From Octopus vulgaris (Eukaryota): 64,000 nt of DNA. This document shows, in pieces, positions 25,648 to 41,180 of the stretch. A model generated the notes under the pieces. It worked only from the letters and a program-made list of their open reading frames with translations. It searched no databases and had not been told where the DNA came from. Both the position numbers and the translations under genes were made by a program. Each line of letters starts with the position of its first letter. The first letter of the stretch is position 1. Location of the stretch: positions 51,398,001 to 51,462,000 of the forward strand of contig OX597824.1 of the NCBI GenBank assembly GCA_951406725.2. The letters run 5' to 3'.

Positions 25648-25655
<8 letters not shown>
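25380..25655 (+). mobile_element. Short (TA)n-flanked element, probable solo Penelope pLTR or retrozyme unit
   Basis: ~275 bp bounded by (TA)n on both sides and containing a complete hammerhead motif near its 3' end. Confidence 0.6.
25516..25614 (+). ncRNA. Type I hammerhead ribozyme motif
   Basis: Helix I ttcctt..ttttc / gagaa..aaggaa; CUGAUGA 25529-35; long helix II gaaggcggcata...tatgcagccctc; GAAA 25590-93; palindromic helix III CAUAUG; GUC cleavage triplet ending at 25601. Confidence 0.75.
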
Positions 25656-25706
<51 letters not shown>

Positions 25707-25709
<3 letters not shown>

Positions 25710-25960
25710 GAAATTTACAGAAAAAACAAAATACGAAGGTAGGTGTATGAACAACAAGTAGGTTTATTAGTTTGACGCTCGGGAAAGTGAGAAAGTCTTT
25801 TACGTTTCGCACCCACGCTCTTCAACAGAAAGGAATACGAGAAAATAACCAGAGAGAATAAAAAAACTTGTGGATTTAGTGACTGGTTGGAAAAAACAGG
25901 TTTGACAGGAGAGGTAGAAAGAAGGGGAAATAAAATATTGGTGATCTCAAAACGAAGGTG
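25707..25960 (-). mobile_element. Short (TA)n-anchored repeat with a degenerate minimal hammerhead-like motif
   Basis: Minus strand 25832-25795: tttCTGTTGAagagcgtgggtgcGAAACGTAaaaga; same layout as the element at 45940-46140. Confidence 0.45.
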
Positions 25961-26204
25961 CACGGTGCGTGTGTGTGTATGTGAGAATGTGTAAGTGTGT
26001 GAGAGAGAGAGAGAGAGAGAGAATGTGTATGTGTGTGTGTGTGAGAATGTGTAAGTGTGTGTGTGTGTGGATAGGGGCTAGTTACTTTGACATGTGGGTG
26101 TGTGCGTCTGTAAAGTGTGGATGATGGTGTATGGTGTGGGTGCTGGGAAGTGGTCAGTGCTAGTGTGTGTAGTGTGGGGTGGTGTGATGGGGTGTGGTGG
26201 TGTG

Positions 26205-26984
26205 TGGTGTGGGCAAACATTATCCGTACTTTCGCCATAACATATCTTTATTATTGTCACACTGCCTTCTGCGCATGCATGCTTATAGTTGGTAACATTG
26301 TGGTCACGTGAACTAAGCCTGATCACACCATCTTTCTTTCTTGCTTTACAATGTAAGCATGGCCGCTCCACTAGCAATGTGCACCAAAGAAGAACAAAGA
26401 ATGAAAGAGTTCAACTTTGAGCAGAATAGTCACATAGGAGATGAAACGTGGGTCCATCATTATGAAGCAGAATGCAAAAGACAGAATATAGAGTGGAAAC
26501 ATCCTGGCTCACCAGTGACGGAGAAATTCAATGCTCAGTCTTCCGCGGGAAGAGCCTATACTGGAAGACTACCTGGAAAAAGGAGTACGATCAATAGTGC
26601 AAGATACAGTGTCGAAGTAAGTTTTGCTGTTGTATGACAATGCACGCCTACACACGGCCGCCCAGACTATTAAAACCATTAACCAATTGGGTTTTGAGGT
26701 GCTGAAACACCCTGCCCCTTCCAACTTTTGACTGCTCAAAGATGCATTACGTGGACGTCGATTTCCTACGGATGAAGATGTGAAGGAAGAGATGCTTAAA
26801 TGGTTGCACGACCAACCAAAAACCTTCTCTTTAAAGGAAATACGTAAGGTTGTGGACCGCTGGACCAAGTCCATCGAAAAGGAATGAGACTATGTATAGA
26901 AAAATGACGTACTTGCTTATCCCCTGCTTTTGTGTAAATATACTGAAAAAGACAAGAGTGCGTATAATTTTTTACTCTCCCTCG
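26205..26984 (+). mobile_element. Internally deleted mariner element
   Basis: MAAPLAMCTKEEQR start, GDETWVHHYE, YDNARLHTA, LKDALRGRRF, VDRWTKSI. Right TIR ends ctctccctcg|TA; decayed left TIR aaacattatccgtact at ~26215. Confidence 0.88.
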
Positions 26985-27006
26985 TATATATATATATTAT
27001 ATATAC

Positions 27007-27051
<45 letters not shown>

Positions 27052-27059
27052 AACGCACA

Positions 27060-27634
27060 CATTCTCCTAAGCAGAAGCGTCGTGTTTTTGCTCCTGATCC
27101 TAAAGGATCTAAGGATCCAATCTGCCACCCATCTGCATAGTGTTGCCATCTGAGCAACGTGCACATGGAAAGTTGCGTCGTTGCTCATGTGGATTCCCAG
27201 GTCATGCACCGACTCTAACTCTGGGATTACATTGCCTGCTGGTCCTGTGTACTTCAGCTGCAGTTTGTTTATGGGCTGATAGCGGAGTGCTTGAAATTTT
27301 GTACCATTGAACTGCCTATTATTCTCATCAGCCCATTTATATATTGCATTCAGGTCATTCTGTAATCTTAGGATGTTAGTAGAATCCTTGACTGCCTGCG
27401 GTACTTTTGTATCATCGGCGTAGCTGGTGAGTGTAGGTGACTCTATGATTAAGGGCATGTCCGAGAGAGCTACACAAACAGTAGTGAACCCAGCACTGTT
27501 CCCTGGGGGACTCCACAGAGGACTGATGTCACTTCAGAGAGAGCACCATTTGCAGTGACAGCCTGACTTCTGCCCCTTAGGAAATCATGCAGCGACTCTC
27601 CCAGATTACCGGCGATACCGAGGTCACGCAATTT

Positions 27635-27637
<3 letters not shown>
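27060..27637 (-). mobile_element. CR1-like LINE reverse transcriptase fragment
   Basis: GVPQGTVLGSLLF, YADDTK, LQNDLNAIYKWA, DLGI; cut by (TA)n at both ends. Confidence 0.9.
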
Positions 27638-27677
<40 letters not shown>

Positions 27678-27763
27678 CAATGTATATACACGCACACACA
27701 CATATATATATGTACGTATGTGTGTATGGCTGAAACGAATAAATATTTATATATATATGTATG

Positions 27764-27813
<50 letters not shown>

Positions 27814-28089
27814 TTTATGTATGTATATGCTAGCGTGTATACGACTGTATGCGCATGTTTATGTGTGCGCGCGCGCGCATGCGTATGTGAATGTGTGTGC
27901 GTGTGTGTGTGTGTTTGTGTGTGTGCATGCGTGTGTCTGTGTATGTGTTTGTATGTGTGTGCATGCGTGTGTGTGCATGCGTGTGTGTGCATGCGTGTGT
28001 GTGCATGCGTGTGTGTGTGTGTGTGCGTAAAGTAGTTACTAACTAAAAGTTGCAGCACGTAAATAAAGAGAAAAATATTTTGAGCAATA

Positions 28090-28475
28090 TAGGTGCAAGC
28101 GTGGTTGTGTGCTAAGAAGCTTCCTACCCAACCACATGGTTCTGGGTTCAGTCCCACTGCGTGTGGCACCTTATGTAAGTGTCTTCTACTATAGCCTCGG
28201 GTTATGGTAGGCGGAAACTGAAAGAAGCCCGTCGTATATATATATATATATATATATGTCTGTGTGTGTCTGTCTGTGTCTGTGTCTGTCCCTCACCATC
28301 ACTTGACAACCGATGATGGTGTATTTACGTCACCATAACTTATCGGTTCGACAAAAGAGACCAATAGAATAAGTCGTGGGGTCGATTTCTTCCACTAAAA
28401 AAACCCTTTAAGGTTGTGCTCCAGCATGGCCGCAGTCAAATGACTGAAACAAGTTAAAGAATAAAAGAATAAAAA
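28090..28475 (+). mobile_element. SINE family A, near full length
   Basis: Head gcgtggttgtgtgctaagaagctt..gggttcagtcccactgcg, internal (TA)n/(TG)n, tail gactgaaacaagttaaagaataaaagaat. Confidence 0.85.
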
Positions 28476-28578
28476 TTACTTCGAATTGACACCTATTGGG
28501 CAAAACTTCGAGGTCACTAACAATCTTCATAACGCACACACACACTTAGTCTTAGTGATATAAGCGTTTTCACAAACA

Positions 28579-28616
<38 letters not shown>

Positions 28617-29052
28617 TGTTTGTGGGAATTTTCTCTTCTCAAAATGTGAGATAAGGGCAACCTTTGAAATGCTATTGAACCATTGGAGGAGTTTAAAAAG
28701 TCCCTGGGGGATGATGAGAACAGGGGCAACTTAATTACGCCAGCGTCTACCCAGCGGCACATTGATATACAGAGTCAGAATGACAGGCAATCAGAATATA
28801 TGTGTGTGTAAATTATTTGTACCTGTGTGTATGTGTGTATGTGTGTGTAAGTGTATGAGAGTGTATGCGTTGAGTATATATTTGTGTGTGTGTGTGTGTG
28901 TTTGTGTCTGTACGTGCGTGTATACGTGTGCGTGTGTGTGTATTAGATATCTAATAAATTACCAAATACAGACACACGCACACACGCGCATATACACACA
29001 CACGCACATACATATACACACTAACAATACGAGTAATTGTTACAATAAATGC

Positions 29053-29101
<49 letters not shown>

Positions 29102-29209
29102 TACAGATAGATCGATAGAGAGAGAAAGAGAGAGATAAACATAAATTATTATACATGCACATATATCTGCATATACATACAAATATGTTTATATATGCAT
29201 ATATATATG

Positions 29210-29249
<40 letters not shown>

Positions 29250-29382
29250 CATACATACATACGTACAAATCTTTCTCCCTATATATATATATATTTAAAA
29301 TACTGTGTGATGATATAAAGAGTATAATTTAAATAGAAATATGCGTAGCACACATACATGCACTCATTCGTATATATATATA

Positions 29383-29414
<32 letters not shown>

Positions 29415-29502
29415 CGTACATATACAAATGGATATATACATATACATGTATACGTTTATATATATGTATGTATGTATGTGTGTATGTATGTATGTATGTA
29501 TG

Positions 29503-29552
<50 letters not shown>

Positions 29553-30061
29553 CCTGTGTGTATACATATATACACATGAATGTGTGCGTGTGTGTGTGTG
29601 ATACGCAGGCATGTATGTATGTGTGCATAGCTGAACTTGCATGAGTTTGTTTATCTCTTTATAAAAATGTTAACAGTGAAACTATTTTGGATAAATTTTA
29701 TCTTGAATATTAACTGACAACAAAAACCGTATTAAAAATTGTTTCGCAAGAAAGGGTGTTTATATTGATTTCTTGGTCGCCTCGTTTTCTTGATTCTGGA
29801 AATTTATACACATATGAAATAGTTATTTACCGATGACACTCCATTCTGAATTATTTTGGAAAAGGATAAGAGGAAAATTAAGTAAACCTTGATTGTTCTC
29901 CTTTTGCACACGTTGCTATAAAATATTTTTTATAAAATTAATAAAAAAGTAAATTCTCACTGCATAGGATCTTGAACGAGTGTCTTCTGTGTAGTTTTGG
30001 GTCGACTAAATCTTTGTGAATAGATTTGGCGGTCGGAAGCTAAAAGAATACTGTCGTGTAC

Positions 30062-30107
<46 letters not shown>

Positions 30108-30244
30108 CACCACCACATTAAGAAGAACTGTCCCCAGGACCAAGGTAGGGTCTTGGAGCAGTTAATAAAAGTAGCGCCCCCGCTCCCCCATTGGAAGGAG
30201 AGGTGGAGGCTGTCGAGGAGTAAAAGATAAAAAATAAAAGCAGA

Positions 30245-30383
<139 letters not shown>

Positions 30384-30399
30384 CATATATATATATATA

Positions 30400-30960
30400 C
30401 ATCTAATATAGGATAAAAATTTTCGAAAAAAATGTTATCAATGGCCAGCATATTAAAAAATACCTTTAAAGGTTAAATTCATAAACAAATTATAAACAAG
30501 GGCAAAAGAAAAAAATTTCTAATGCCAGATATGCCGAAATTAGACACATCGTCCATAACCATATAATTCATCACTATAAGCACGTGTCTCGAAGAAAACC
30601 GTCAGAAATTTCTAAAAAATGCCCTTATTACCATATCAGACCCGATTTCAGAGTTACTTCATAAGAACCTTCTCTTTGTCAGTGATAAATGCGGCAAAGA
30701 TATAAATGAAATACTTACTTATACCCATAGAAGAAGCAAACACTGAGTCATGAGCACAATTAAGTACCCCAAATATATCCAAAATAGAAATTCTCTAGCC
30801 CATTCGAGACACGTGCGATTCGAACTGAAACTCTCAGAGAGTGAGTCCGGAAGTGAACACTATTAAACTTACATCTAATATAGGATAAAATTTTTCGAAA
30901 AAAATTTTATCAATGGCTAGCATATTAAAAAATACCTTTAAAGGTTAAATTTATAAATTT
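30400..30960 (-). mobile_element. ~472-bp repeat unit plus partial tandem copy in (TA)n, with a hammerhead motif
   Basis: atctaatataggataaaa..tttcgaaaaaaa recurs at 30401 and 30873; homologous to 44950-45812; hammerhead motif at 30634-30687 on the minus strand. Confidence 0.75.
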
Positions 30961-30979
30961 ATGTTTATAAGTTGTATAT

Positions 30980-31066
<87 letters not shown>

Positions 31067-31072
31067 CATACA

Positions 31073-31135
<63 letters not shown>

Positions 31136-31319
31136 TTATATAAATAAGGATAAGATCGATATTTAAACACCGATATTATCAGGTAGCCAGCATTGGAAAA
31201 GAAACCTTCGAAGGTAATAATTATTATTAAAATTATAATTTAGGGTGTCTAAGAGATACCACCCCGCTGGAAATAGCAGCCAAAACTTCACTCTAATTTT
31301 ATATATATATGCTTTTATT

Positions 31320-31524
31320 TTTTTATCTTTCACTCGTTTCAGACATTAGGCGGTGCCTTGGGGAATTTTAATCAAAGATAGCGACTCAGGTCGCTTAAGT
31401 TTTTTAGGCCTAGTACTTATTCTATTGGTCCCTTGTGTTATCCGGGACGTAAACACAACACCATTTGTCAAGCGGTGGTGAACAACCAGCAAGATTTGAA
31501 GACAAACACGCGCGCGCGTGCGCG

Positions 31525-31592
<68 letters not shown>

Positions 31593-31614
31593 TATGTATA
31601 TGTATATGTGTGTG

Positions 31615-31670
<56 letters not shown>

Positions 31671-31752
31671 CATGTATATATGACGAGCTTCTTTCAGTTT
31701 CCGTCTACCAACTTTACTGACTATGTGGTTGGGAAGCAAATTTCTTCCACAC
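31320..31752 (-). mobile_element. SINE family A with an expanded internal microsatellite
   Basis: Tail ttttatctttcactcgtttcag, body ctagtacttattctattggtc, and cttctttcagtttccgtctaccaa after the (TA)/(TG) tract. Confidence 0.8.
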
Positions 31753-31798
31753 AGCCATACCTCTGTGTGTGTGTAAGAGAGAGAAGAGAGAGAGAGAG

Positions 31799-31837
<39 letters not shown>

Positions 31838-32326
31838 TCTTTTATATATCTATATGTATATGTTGAGAGAAAGAGAGCATGCAAGAAAGGGAGAAGAGGA
31901 AACGGAGGACGAGTGGGTAGAGTTAGACATAGAAGCTTTGGTTCATTGATTGAACGGCCAGTTTGTTATGTGTTTATTATAAAAACAAATACGTTTATGT
32001 ATATATTTTTGTGTGTTTTTGTTGCGATATTAATTTTATCGTTCACATACGTGTGATAAGCATACTAACTTAACTTCCACCAGTTTAGGTTTCCGGCAAC
32101 AAGTGATAACATGTATAGACTTTAGAAAGAATAAAAGAAATGAACAGGGGTAGTGACCCTTATATTTTTCTTAAGAGCTTTTATAGCTTAAGCAACATGA
32201 ATGGTTTATAATTAGAACCCAAAACTGAAACTATCGCTTCACAATATATACATTCTTGTCAACAAAATGTGGCATATATATATATGCGTGTTTGTGTATA
32301 CATACATACATACATACATACATACA

Positions 32327-32386
<60 letters not shown>

Positions 32387-32409
32387 AGAGAACGAGAGTA
32401 TATATATAC

Positions 32410-32462
<53 letters not shown>

Positions 32463-32731
32463 ACGATGTATACATATATGTGTGTGTGCGTGTATGTATA
32501 TGTGTGTACATCTGTGTATTGTGCGCTGCTTTTCTGCATGTGTGTGTGTAAGCGCGCGCGTGTGTACACGTGGATCTTGTAATATATTTAAATAATTACA
32601 CGCTCCTTTATCCTTTTCATTTTCTGGTTAATGGAGAAGACACCTCTGGTGTTGTGTTTCTATGGCTTCAACAATATTAGCAAAACACATCTCTCCTCCC
32701 ATAGCTTTCACCTTCTTCCACCATTTCTTTC

Positions 32732-32771
<40 letters not shown>

Positions 32772-33120
32772 ATCTATCTATCTATCTATCGATATATATA
32801 TATGTGTGTATATATATATATATATAGATAGATATAGATATGCTCCTCTCATAATTCTATTATTCTATTTTGCTTTTTCTCTCACACTCTTTCATTTTCT
32901 CACTCCCCTCCTCTCTTTCTCTTTCTCTTCTTCCCTGTTAGGGAACGTGCATAATATTTAGATGGGTTCCCCCATCAGCAAACAGTTAACCTACTCAATA
33001 AAAAGTCTTGACTCTACTTAACCTCATTGATATGTTAGAGAAACAAAGCTTCCGGCAACAACTGGTCGCACGAATAAGTAAAACAGTTCGCCATATTGTA
33101 TATGCAATATGGCCTTACAT

Positions 33121-33189
<69 letters not shown>

Positions 33190-34455
33190 AATAATACATA
33201 CATACGTACACACATAGAAATTTATCCTACAATTATACTGACTCCTCTAACCTAAATCAGCAACTAGTTTATTTCTTGTTAAAAATAAAAGAAACACCAT
33301 TTAGTTACGATTTCACTCTATTGAGAACGGATTACAAAATATATCTTACATCATGTGAAATTTCACTTTAACGAGTGTGACTGATATTGGTAACAAAACC
33401 AACACAAGAAGTCCAGTTCTACGGCCTGCAAGTTATTAAAAACGTCGTACTTATACCTCTCACTTCAGTTAGTCTTTACATATAAAATTGAAAAGATTTA
33501 TGAAAGGCCAGCTTGAAATACCATATATTGGCTTGTTACTCTTCGTTTTTCTTATTCTGCTTTCGCAGATTCTCATGACTCTGTCGTTATACAGTTCCAT
33601 TATTATGAATTTGAATTGGGAGCTTGAATCATAGTGAATCTTTCATTAGCTGATTACACAATCACGGACGCCACCTTTATAGATGCCTTGCAGTTACTCT
33701 CCTGATAGAGCTTGGTGACCCTGACCGTTGATCTTCAAGGATTCCTCCGCTCACCTTCAATGTAAGAAGCACCGTTGGCTCAGTTGAGCACTTCTGCTTC
33801 CTCTTCACAATCCGCCATGTTGCAGTCCCATCACTTCACCGTATCCCTGGCAGAGTAGTGTAACGGGTACCAAATGTCACTGAACGGGTGCAGCCTGTAA
33901 CTATGCATGGCATACCCGAGGCTTGTTATAGCACAATCAAATCTTGTATCCCAAAACTAAACCATCCGGTAAGCAGAAAACTACAGGCCCAAAGATTGTA
34001 CATAGTACAAGCTTTACACTAGCACTCAACCAACGCTTCCAGGATCATTGAGAGTCCAACAATATAGCGACTGATGAGGAGGCAGGGTGGGGGAGAAAGA
34101 GTGTGGAGATGTACTGAACAAATCTTGATGAACAATACTATGCTATCCAAAGTAAGAATTAACTACAGACATCTAACGCTATTATCCACTCAAGAGTCTC
34201 TGCCCTCGACAAAATTACCTGCTATCTTTGTCACTACCATTGAAAGGCTCACAAAGACCTAACAAGACAACTGAGAGTGGAATGATCATTTCCGGATATT
34301 TCAAAGGGAATACCCATAAATCTTTCTGTACTTCAGATCATTTCAGCATTAAATCTGTTATCATTTCTTTTTCAAACTTCCAATAGCTACATACTACGTT
34401 CAACAATTGAGAGAAATACCAATGTAACCAATAATTTCTTTGTGGATGACCTGAT

Positions 34456-34505
<50 letters not shown>

Positions 34506-34651
34506 CGTGTGTGCGTGTGTGTGTATTATATATTATCTATATATATATTATATGTGTATATATATAATATATATATACATACCTATCTAGATAGATAGAT
34601 AGAGAGAGAGGGGAGACAGACAGACAGACAGACAGGCATATAGATAGATAG

Positions 34652-34741
<90 letters not shown>

Positions 34742-34742
34742 G

Positions 34743-34796
<54 letters not shown>

Positions 34797-37020
34797 TGTG
34801 CGTGTGTATGAATATACATAATTATATACATGTGTGTAATTATATAAATGTATGCAGAAATTGTTCTTTGGATAGCATTTTATTTATTATTAGCTGAAGA
34901 CTAGTTATATTACTTAGACATTGTAAAATGATTTTTCCAGTCTACAAGCTCTATTAAAAGAACAGTAACACAAAAACTAAATCGTGATAAAAGAGCTTAA
35001 GATTATAATGACCGAATTGGTCATTATAAGGAAAGTTTTTTACTTAGTTAAGAATATTTTAAGTATAGTAACTTAAAATCGACAGTAAATAGTGTAACCT
35101 GAAAGAAAAATAAACCTATATGCACAAACTGAATCTTGAGAAACTTACATTTAATGATCACATAGGAATTAATTTTAGGATAACCAAACAGCTAATTATG
35201 TTATGGAAATTACATTAAGATTTTATACAAATATAGCGAGTACAACCTGAACGAATAGATTAGTATTATGGCATATATAATTTTAGATATACCAAGAGAT
35301 AAACACAAATCATTTGAGAGTATTAATCATTACTAATAATGCTCAGCTGATAGCTTGCTATCGAATCATATTTGGGGTTTAAAGTCAACTAACCAATACT
35401 TTAGTATAAAATGGAAACTTCTCTTCCGTAATATTTCGCATCCCAGAATCATATAAAATTTGATTTTCCAAATTCCAGTTATTTAATCATCACTGAGAAC
35501 TACTTTAGGATCCTTAGAACGTCAGAACACTATATATCTTCCGTACTCCAAAAGTAATATATCTTGTTCAACACACATTCATGTTTGTGTTTGGTTCGTC
35601 TGTATACTCCTGTTAGCCTTTTCGTATAGTTGTATTTTTAGATCATTTTATTCTTGACCTAAATAGAAACATTTTTTACACAAACTTTTAAATTTAACAT
35701 AAAGATGATAGCTGTTAATATCAACAGTACACTTTTGTTAGCAGCCATTGTTTTCTTAATCATTACAGCTTTCTCACTTTCAAATATATCAGAAGTGCTA
35801 TTTAATAGTAATAGTTTAAAGCGAGGGGTGAGAAGAATATATATATTTTTTTATTCCAAAAGAATATTCGAGGTTTATTCTTCACAACTTCAGTCACGTC
35901 CATTCTAAAATAATCTTATTGCGTCAACTACTATAAATGCCATTATTTTGAACAAAACAAATAAAAAGTAAAGAAAAAGACTATCTAAGGACACTGTTCC
36001 TCATCAAGTATGACTACAAATACAACAATTCTTATTTTGAACTGTACAGATGCAAACATATGTATATATCATAATCTTAAATTCAACATTTACCAGTTGC
36101 TCTAACGAAGTATATAGAAGTGAAACACATAAAGTTCAGAAAATTAGTGACTTCCTTCTACAAAAGAGATGAAAAAAAATCCTAAATACGAATGGCGTGT
36201 ATTTTTATCCATACTTTCAATTTCTTCTACTAAAATCAAATCAAACACATCTAGACACCACAAACACCTACAACTGCTTCTGTCTTTCTTTTTACTTGTT
36301 TTGTTTTCAACTTTCTTGCACTTCATCATCCTATCCTTCCTCCGTTCCTGATATTATTGTCCGTGTTCACATTCTTAGATTTTATTATATCTCCATATAG
36401 CTGTTGTTGCTGCTGTTGCTTCTTCTTCTTCTTCTTCTTCTTCTTCTTCTTCTTCTTCTTCTTCTTCTTCTTCTTCTTCTTCTTCTTCTTCTTCTTCTTC
36501 ATTTGCCTCTTCTTTTTCTACAACTACAACCACCCCGTCACCGCCTCCACCACCACCACCACCTTCACTATCACCACCACCACATCACCACCACCGCCGC
36601 CTTTTACTTTTCCTCTTTCTTTTCTCTTTTCATTCTCCTTTGCCTTCTCATTCACCCCTTTCTTCTTTTAATCTTTCTTTCTACTTCTTTTCCCCCCAAT
36701 TCTTTCACTCTCCTTCACTTTCGCACACAAAATATACAGACACAGTTTATATGCAATCATCTACAACAGACATAACAGTATGAACGCATACATAGAGATA
36801 TTTAGACACACACACACACAGACACACACACACACACACACACATACACACATCACACACACAAACATACACACACTCACACAGACGCATGCATCACACA
36901 GACGCATGCATACACGCACGCACACTCACACATACATAAATACATTCAGTTGAAAGTAGAATTCAAACGCATACACACGCTCAGATACATACGTACATAT
37001 ATACATACATATATATCTAT

Positions 37021-37078
<58 letters not shown>

Positions 37079-37229
37079 GCGCGCACACGTAATCACTCAG
37101 GTACACATTAACAATGACACACATACATACACTCAAGACATAAATACATCCCATCAATGAAACACGCGCGCGCGCGCATACACGAACCAATGAAACTCTA
37201 ACGACATGTTGCGATTGTCCTTATGGTCT

Positions 37230-37307
37230 CCGGAAGTTATAAACAGGAGCCATATTCTCTGAAAATGTTGCGCCTTGAGCCGTATGCGTTTTTGGCAAAT
37301 GGTAAGT
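37230..37307 (+). promoter_or_regulatory. Candidate promoter and first exon (ETS site, TATA-like motif, 5' splice donor)
   Basis: CCGGAAGT 37230-37, TATAAA 37238-43, ATG 37265 (MLRLEPYAFLAN), consensus donor ATG|GTAAGT at 37301/37302, followed by T-rich intron-like sequence. Confidence 0.35.
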
Positions 37308-37839
37308 TATTGGTTAATTACGAGCACTATAGAACGGGTTCAAGGAACCCAACAAAGTTCTAAATATCTTCCAATTGAAAATCATGCAGAGCTCTTTGAA
37401 ACTTTTTCATGTTTCGTCACAATTTACCATAAATATTTCTTTTTCACTTTTGGATTTGGGAGTATTTTTTATATATTGATATTTTTATATTCTGAATTTG
37501 TTTTTTCTTGTTTTTCTTGTTTTATTGCAATAATAATTTTGGGAAAATTCTTTTATTATACTTGCTTTTAACTGTTTGATTTTTTTTCCCCTTTTGTTTA
37601 CGATTTAGGGTTATTTTATAATTTTCTTTTATGGTTCTCTTCTGTATTAAGACCTAAATCTCACCTTACGAATTTCCGCTGCAGTCTTTGTGTAGCATAA
37701 ATTCATATAAAGAGCCACATAGTTAGGTTTACATACAAATACATGTGTATCTGATTGCGTGAATGAGTGTGCGCGTGTGTATGCATTTGCGTGTATGTAT
37801 TTGATATGCATATCCATGCTTGCGAGAACCATATGCAAG

Positions 37840-37870
<31 letters not shown>

Positions 37871-38248
37871 GTATACAAACACACACACGCACACACACAC
37901 ACGTACATACATACACACACACATACAACCATATACTTTATAATTGCATGTATGTATTTATAGAGGTGCATAAATAAATAGGTTTACATATAACATTACA
38001 CACATATATATATATATATATATATTTATGCATATATATTGTGTATATATATATATATGTATATAAATTACATCCACACACTCACAACTCCGACCCTCCC
38101 CATATTCATAACCATAGAAACACACTATACTTAAACTTGTTTGTGGGTGTGGGGATACGTGCATATATGTGTGTGTGTGTTTGTATGTGTGTGGGTATAT
38201 ATATGCACAAACACACTTACTTAAATGCACAAACACACTTACGCACAC

Positions 38249-38330
<82 letters not shown>

Positions 38331-38408
38331 GCATGTATATATATACAGTTGTATATTAGCATATAGATAGACAGACGGATAGAGTGACAAGCAGACAGAC
38401 AAACACAA

Positions 38409-38522
<114 letters not shown>

Positions 38523-38616
38523 GTATATATTGAGCTGCATGCGTCTGTGTATGTGTATTTTCATGTGGGTATGGGCAGATATGTACATGCGTGAACGTAT
38601 CAGTGTTCTTCTGTAC

Positions 38617-38781
<165 letters not shown>

Positions 38782-39744
38782 TAGGCACGTGTCTGAACTC
38801 CTCTAATGTGTATGCTATGACTGTTTTTGATGGATACTAAGTGGGTAAGAGAGTTGCAGTAGAGGAAATAATGTAGATAAAAGGGATCGGTAGTCGGAAA
38901 GAAAATGCTGAAGAGTTGCATGACGAAGAGGGATGTGTGTGTGTGTAAGTGTGTGTGTATGTATGTATGTGTCTTATTATTAGTTGTAAGTTCAATTCTC
39001 TCCATGGTTTGGTGTACCAGATAAGCTAAAAATAATAGAAGAGGGAGTAGTGTTTCAAGTGAGAGAATGCGAGGATCTAGTGCAGATAGAAGTGAAATAA
39101 CACGGGAGAGGGTCAATGATGGAGTGGACAAGAAAGCGGATGAAAGAGGTAGAATACCCACGGTGAGTGAAAGAGAGAAGGGAGAGAGCGATAGAGACGG
39201 AAAGTAAGTCAATGTGCAAGGAAAGAGGAAGACAGAGATATATATGATAGGGTCGAAATAATGTGAGAGAAAGGAAATCAGTGGGAGAAACTGAGAGGAA
39301 GATAGACAAGTGAGAAGAAGTAGAGAGATAGATAGACTGTGAAAAGATGAGAGAAAGTCAGAGAGGATGTAGGAGGAAAAGTGGTGAGAAACTAGAGAGA
39401 TACAGAGAGATACAGAGGCATGGTGAAAGAGACGGAGAGAGAAATAGTGATAATATTAGAGTGTGGTGATATATGAGCGCAAAAGTGAGTGCGTGCGCGA
39501 GCTGAGAGATTGAGAGAGAGAGATATGGTAAGAATTGAAATCGAGGTACTGTGAAGGAGAAAGAAAGAGTGGGGAGAGGAAGAGGATAGGTGAAAGAGTG
39601 CAGGGAAAGACTGAGAAACAGGAAAACAGAAACGTAATTACAAAGAAACGTGGTAGAGACATAGACGAAAAGGGTATACATAAGAAGAGAGACGGAAAAG
39701 GACTGATGGAAACAGCAGCAGCAGATACACACCGCACACACAAA

Positions 39745-39816
<72 letters not shown>

Positions 39817-41123
39817 AACACTCACATACATTCACATATAGGTACTTTCAAAATCAGAAAAACGTAAAGATAGAAAGGCAACGAGAAAAAGAGTGAGGAG
39901 GACATTAGAAAAGAGAGAGCAGTAGAGGCAAAAAGACATCAAGAGAGGAGTGATATTTAAGAAAGAAAGTAGATGACAGAGAGGAAGAAAGTGGGACAAT
40001 GTGGTATGGAAGACTTGGAGTGTAGGAGACATTTGTATTTGGTAGGGGGCAGGAGGTTTGCAGGTTTTTACAAACAGTGATATATTTGGAAACCACGGGT
40101 CGAGAGAAAGTGGCGTTTGTTTAATGTCTCAGATTGGTTCCATCAAGAAGACGATAAACCGCTTTATGATAATGGCTGCTGTCTTTATAGTTTTCGTTTA
40201 CGCCATCTTGAAACAATCGCCGCCATTTCTGTTGGTCACTGGATAATAATATTTCTACACATTGACACTGAATATAATATATTGCCTGCAGCTTTCGCTT
40301 TGACAATGTTCTCAATATTTCGCCACTGAGATCGTTTTTGCCACCACTACCAACACAACCACTGCATCCACTACCACCACCACCAACAACAACAACAACA
40401 GCAATAATAGTAGTGATGGCGATGGTAGTGTTGATTGTGGTGATGGCGGTGTGGTCGTGGTCGTGGTTGTGGTATTAGTTGGAACGTTATATCTTCTATT
40501 AGTAAACCAATTGCGTTATTGTTATAGTTATTTTATGGGTTGTAGGAATATTACACATATTTATTTAGCTGTCGTCTGCTTCATCACTTCTCTTTAGTTC
40601 TCTCTCTTCCTCTCTCTCTCTCCCTGTCTTTCTCTCTCTCTCTCTCTCTGTCTAAGTTTCTCTTTGTTTCCCTACACCTTCCCACTGTTTTTACATTGCT
40701 CTCGGATTAAGTCTCTCTTTCTTTCTATCTAAACCTCTCTCACTCTTTTATGAGTCACTTTCTCTGACTATCATTCCTGTCCACTCGATGTTTCTACCTA
40801 TTTCAATGTTCCTAAATATTTATGTTACTTTTACTCTCATTCAGCACTGTATATTTATCTGTATCCTTTCCCACCACCTTCTCTAAATCTTTCCTCTTTC
40901 TGTGATTTACATTTTCTGTCTGTCTCTCCCCATCCCCTTCTTTTCTCTCTGCTTTTCATTCTACCCCTGTATTTTATGTATTTTTTCATTCTACCCCTGT
41001 ATTTTATAATATTTATATTATATTCCTTATTCTCTTTTTTGTAGTTTCTCTCTAATCTCTCCCTTTCTCTGTTTTATCTACATAACTTCATGCATACATA
41101 CATACATATGCACGTATACTTGC

Positions 41124-41180
<57 letters not shown>

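Noticed and set aside
35090-35670. Minus-strand splice-site-like motifs (acceptors near 35099, 35248, 35660; donor at 35148)
   Set aside because: The frames checked are soon closed by stops and the implied intron is ~50 nt; such motifs are common in AT-rich DNA. A lncRNA cannot be excluded.
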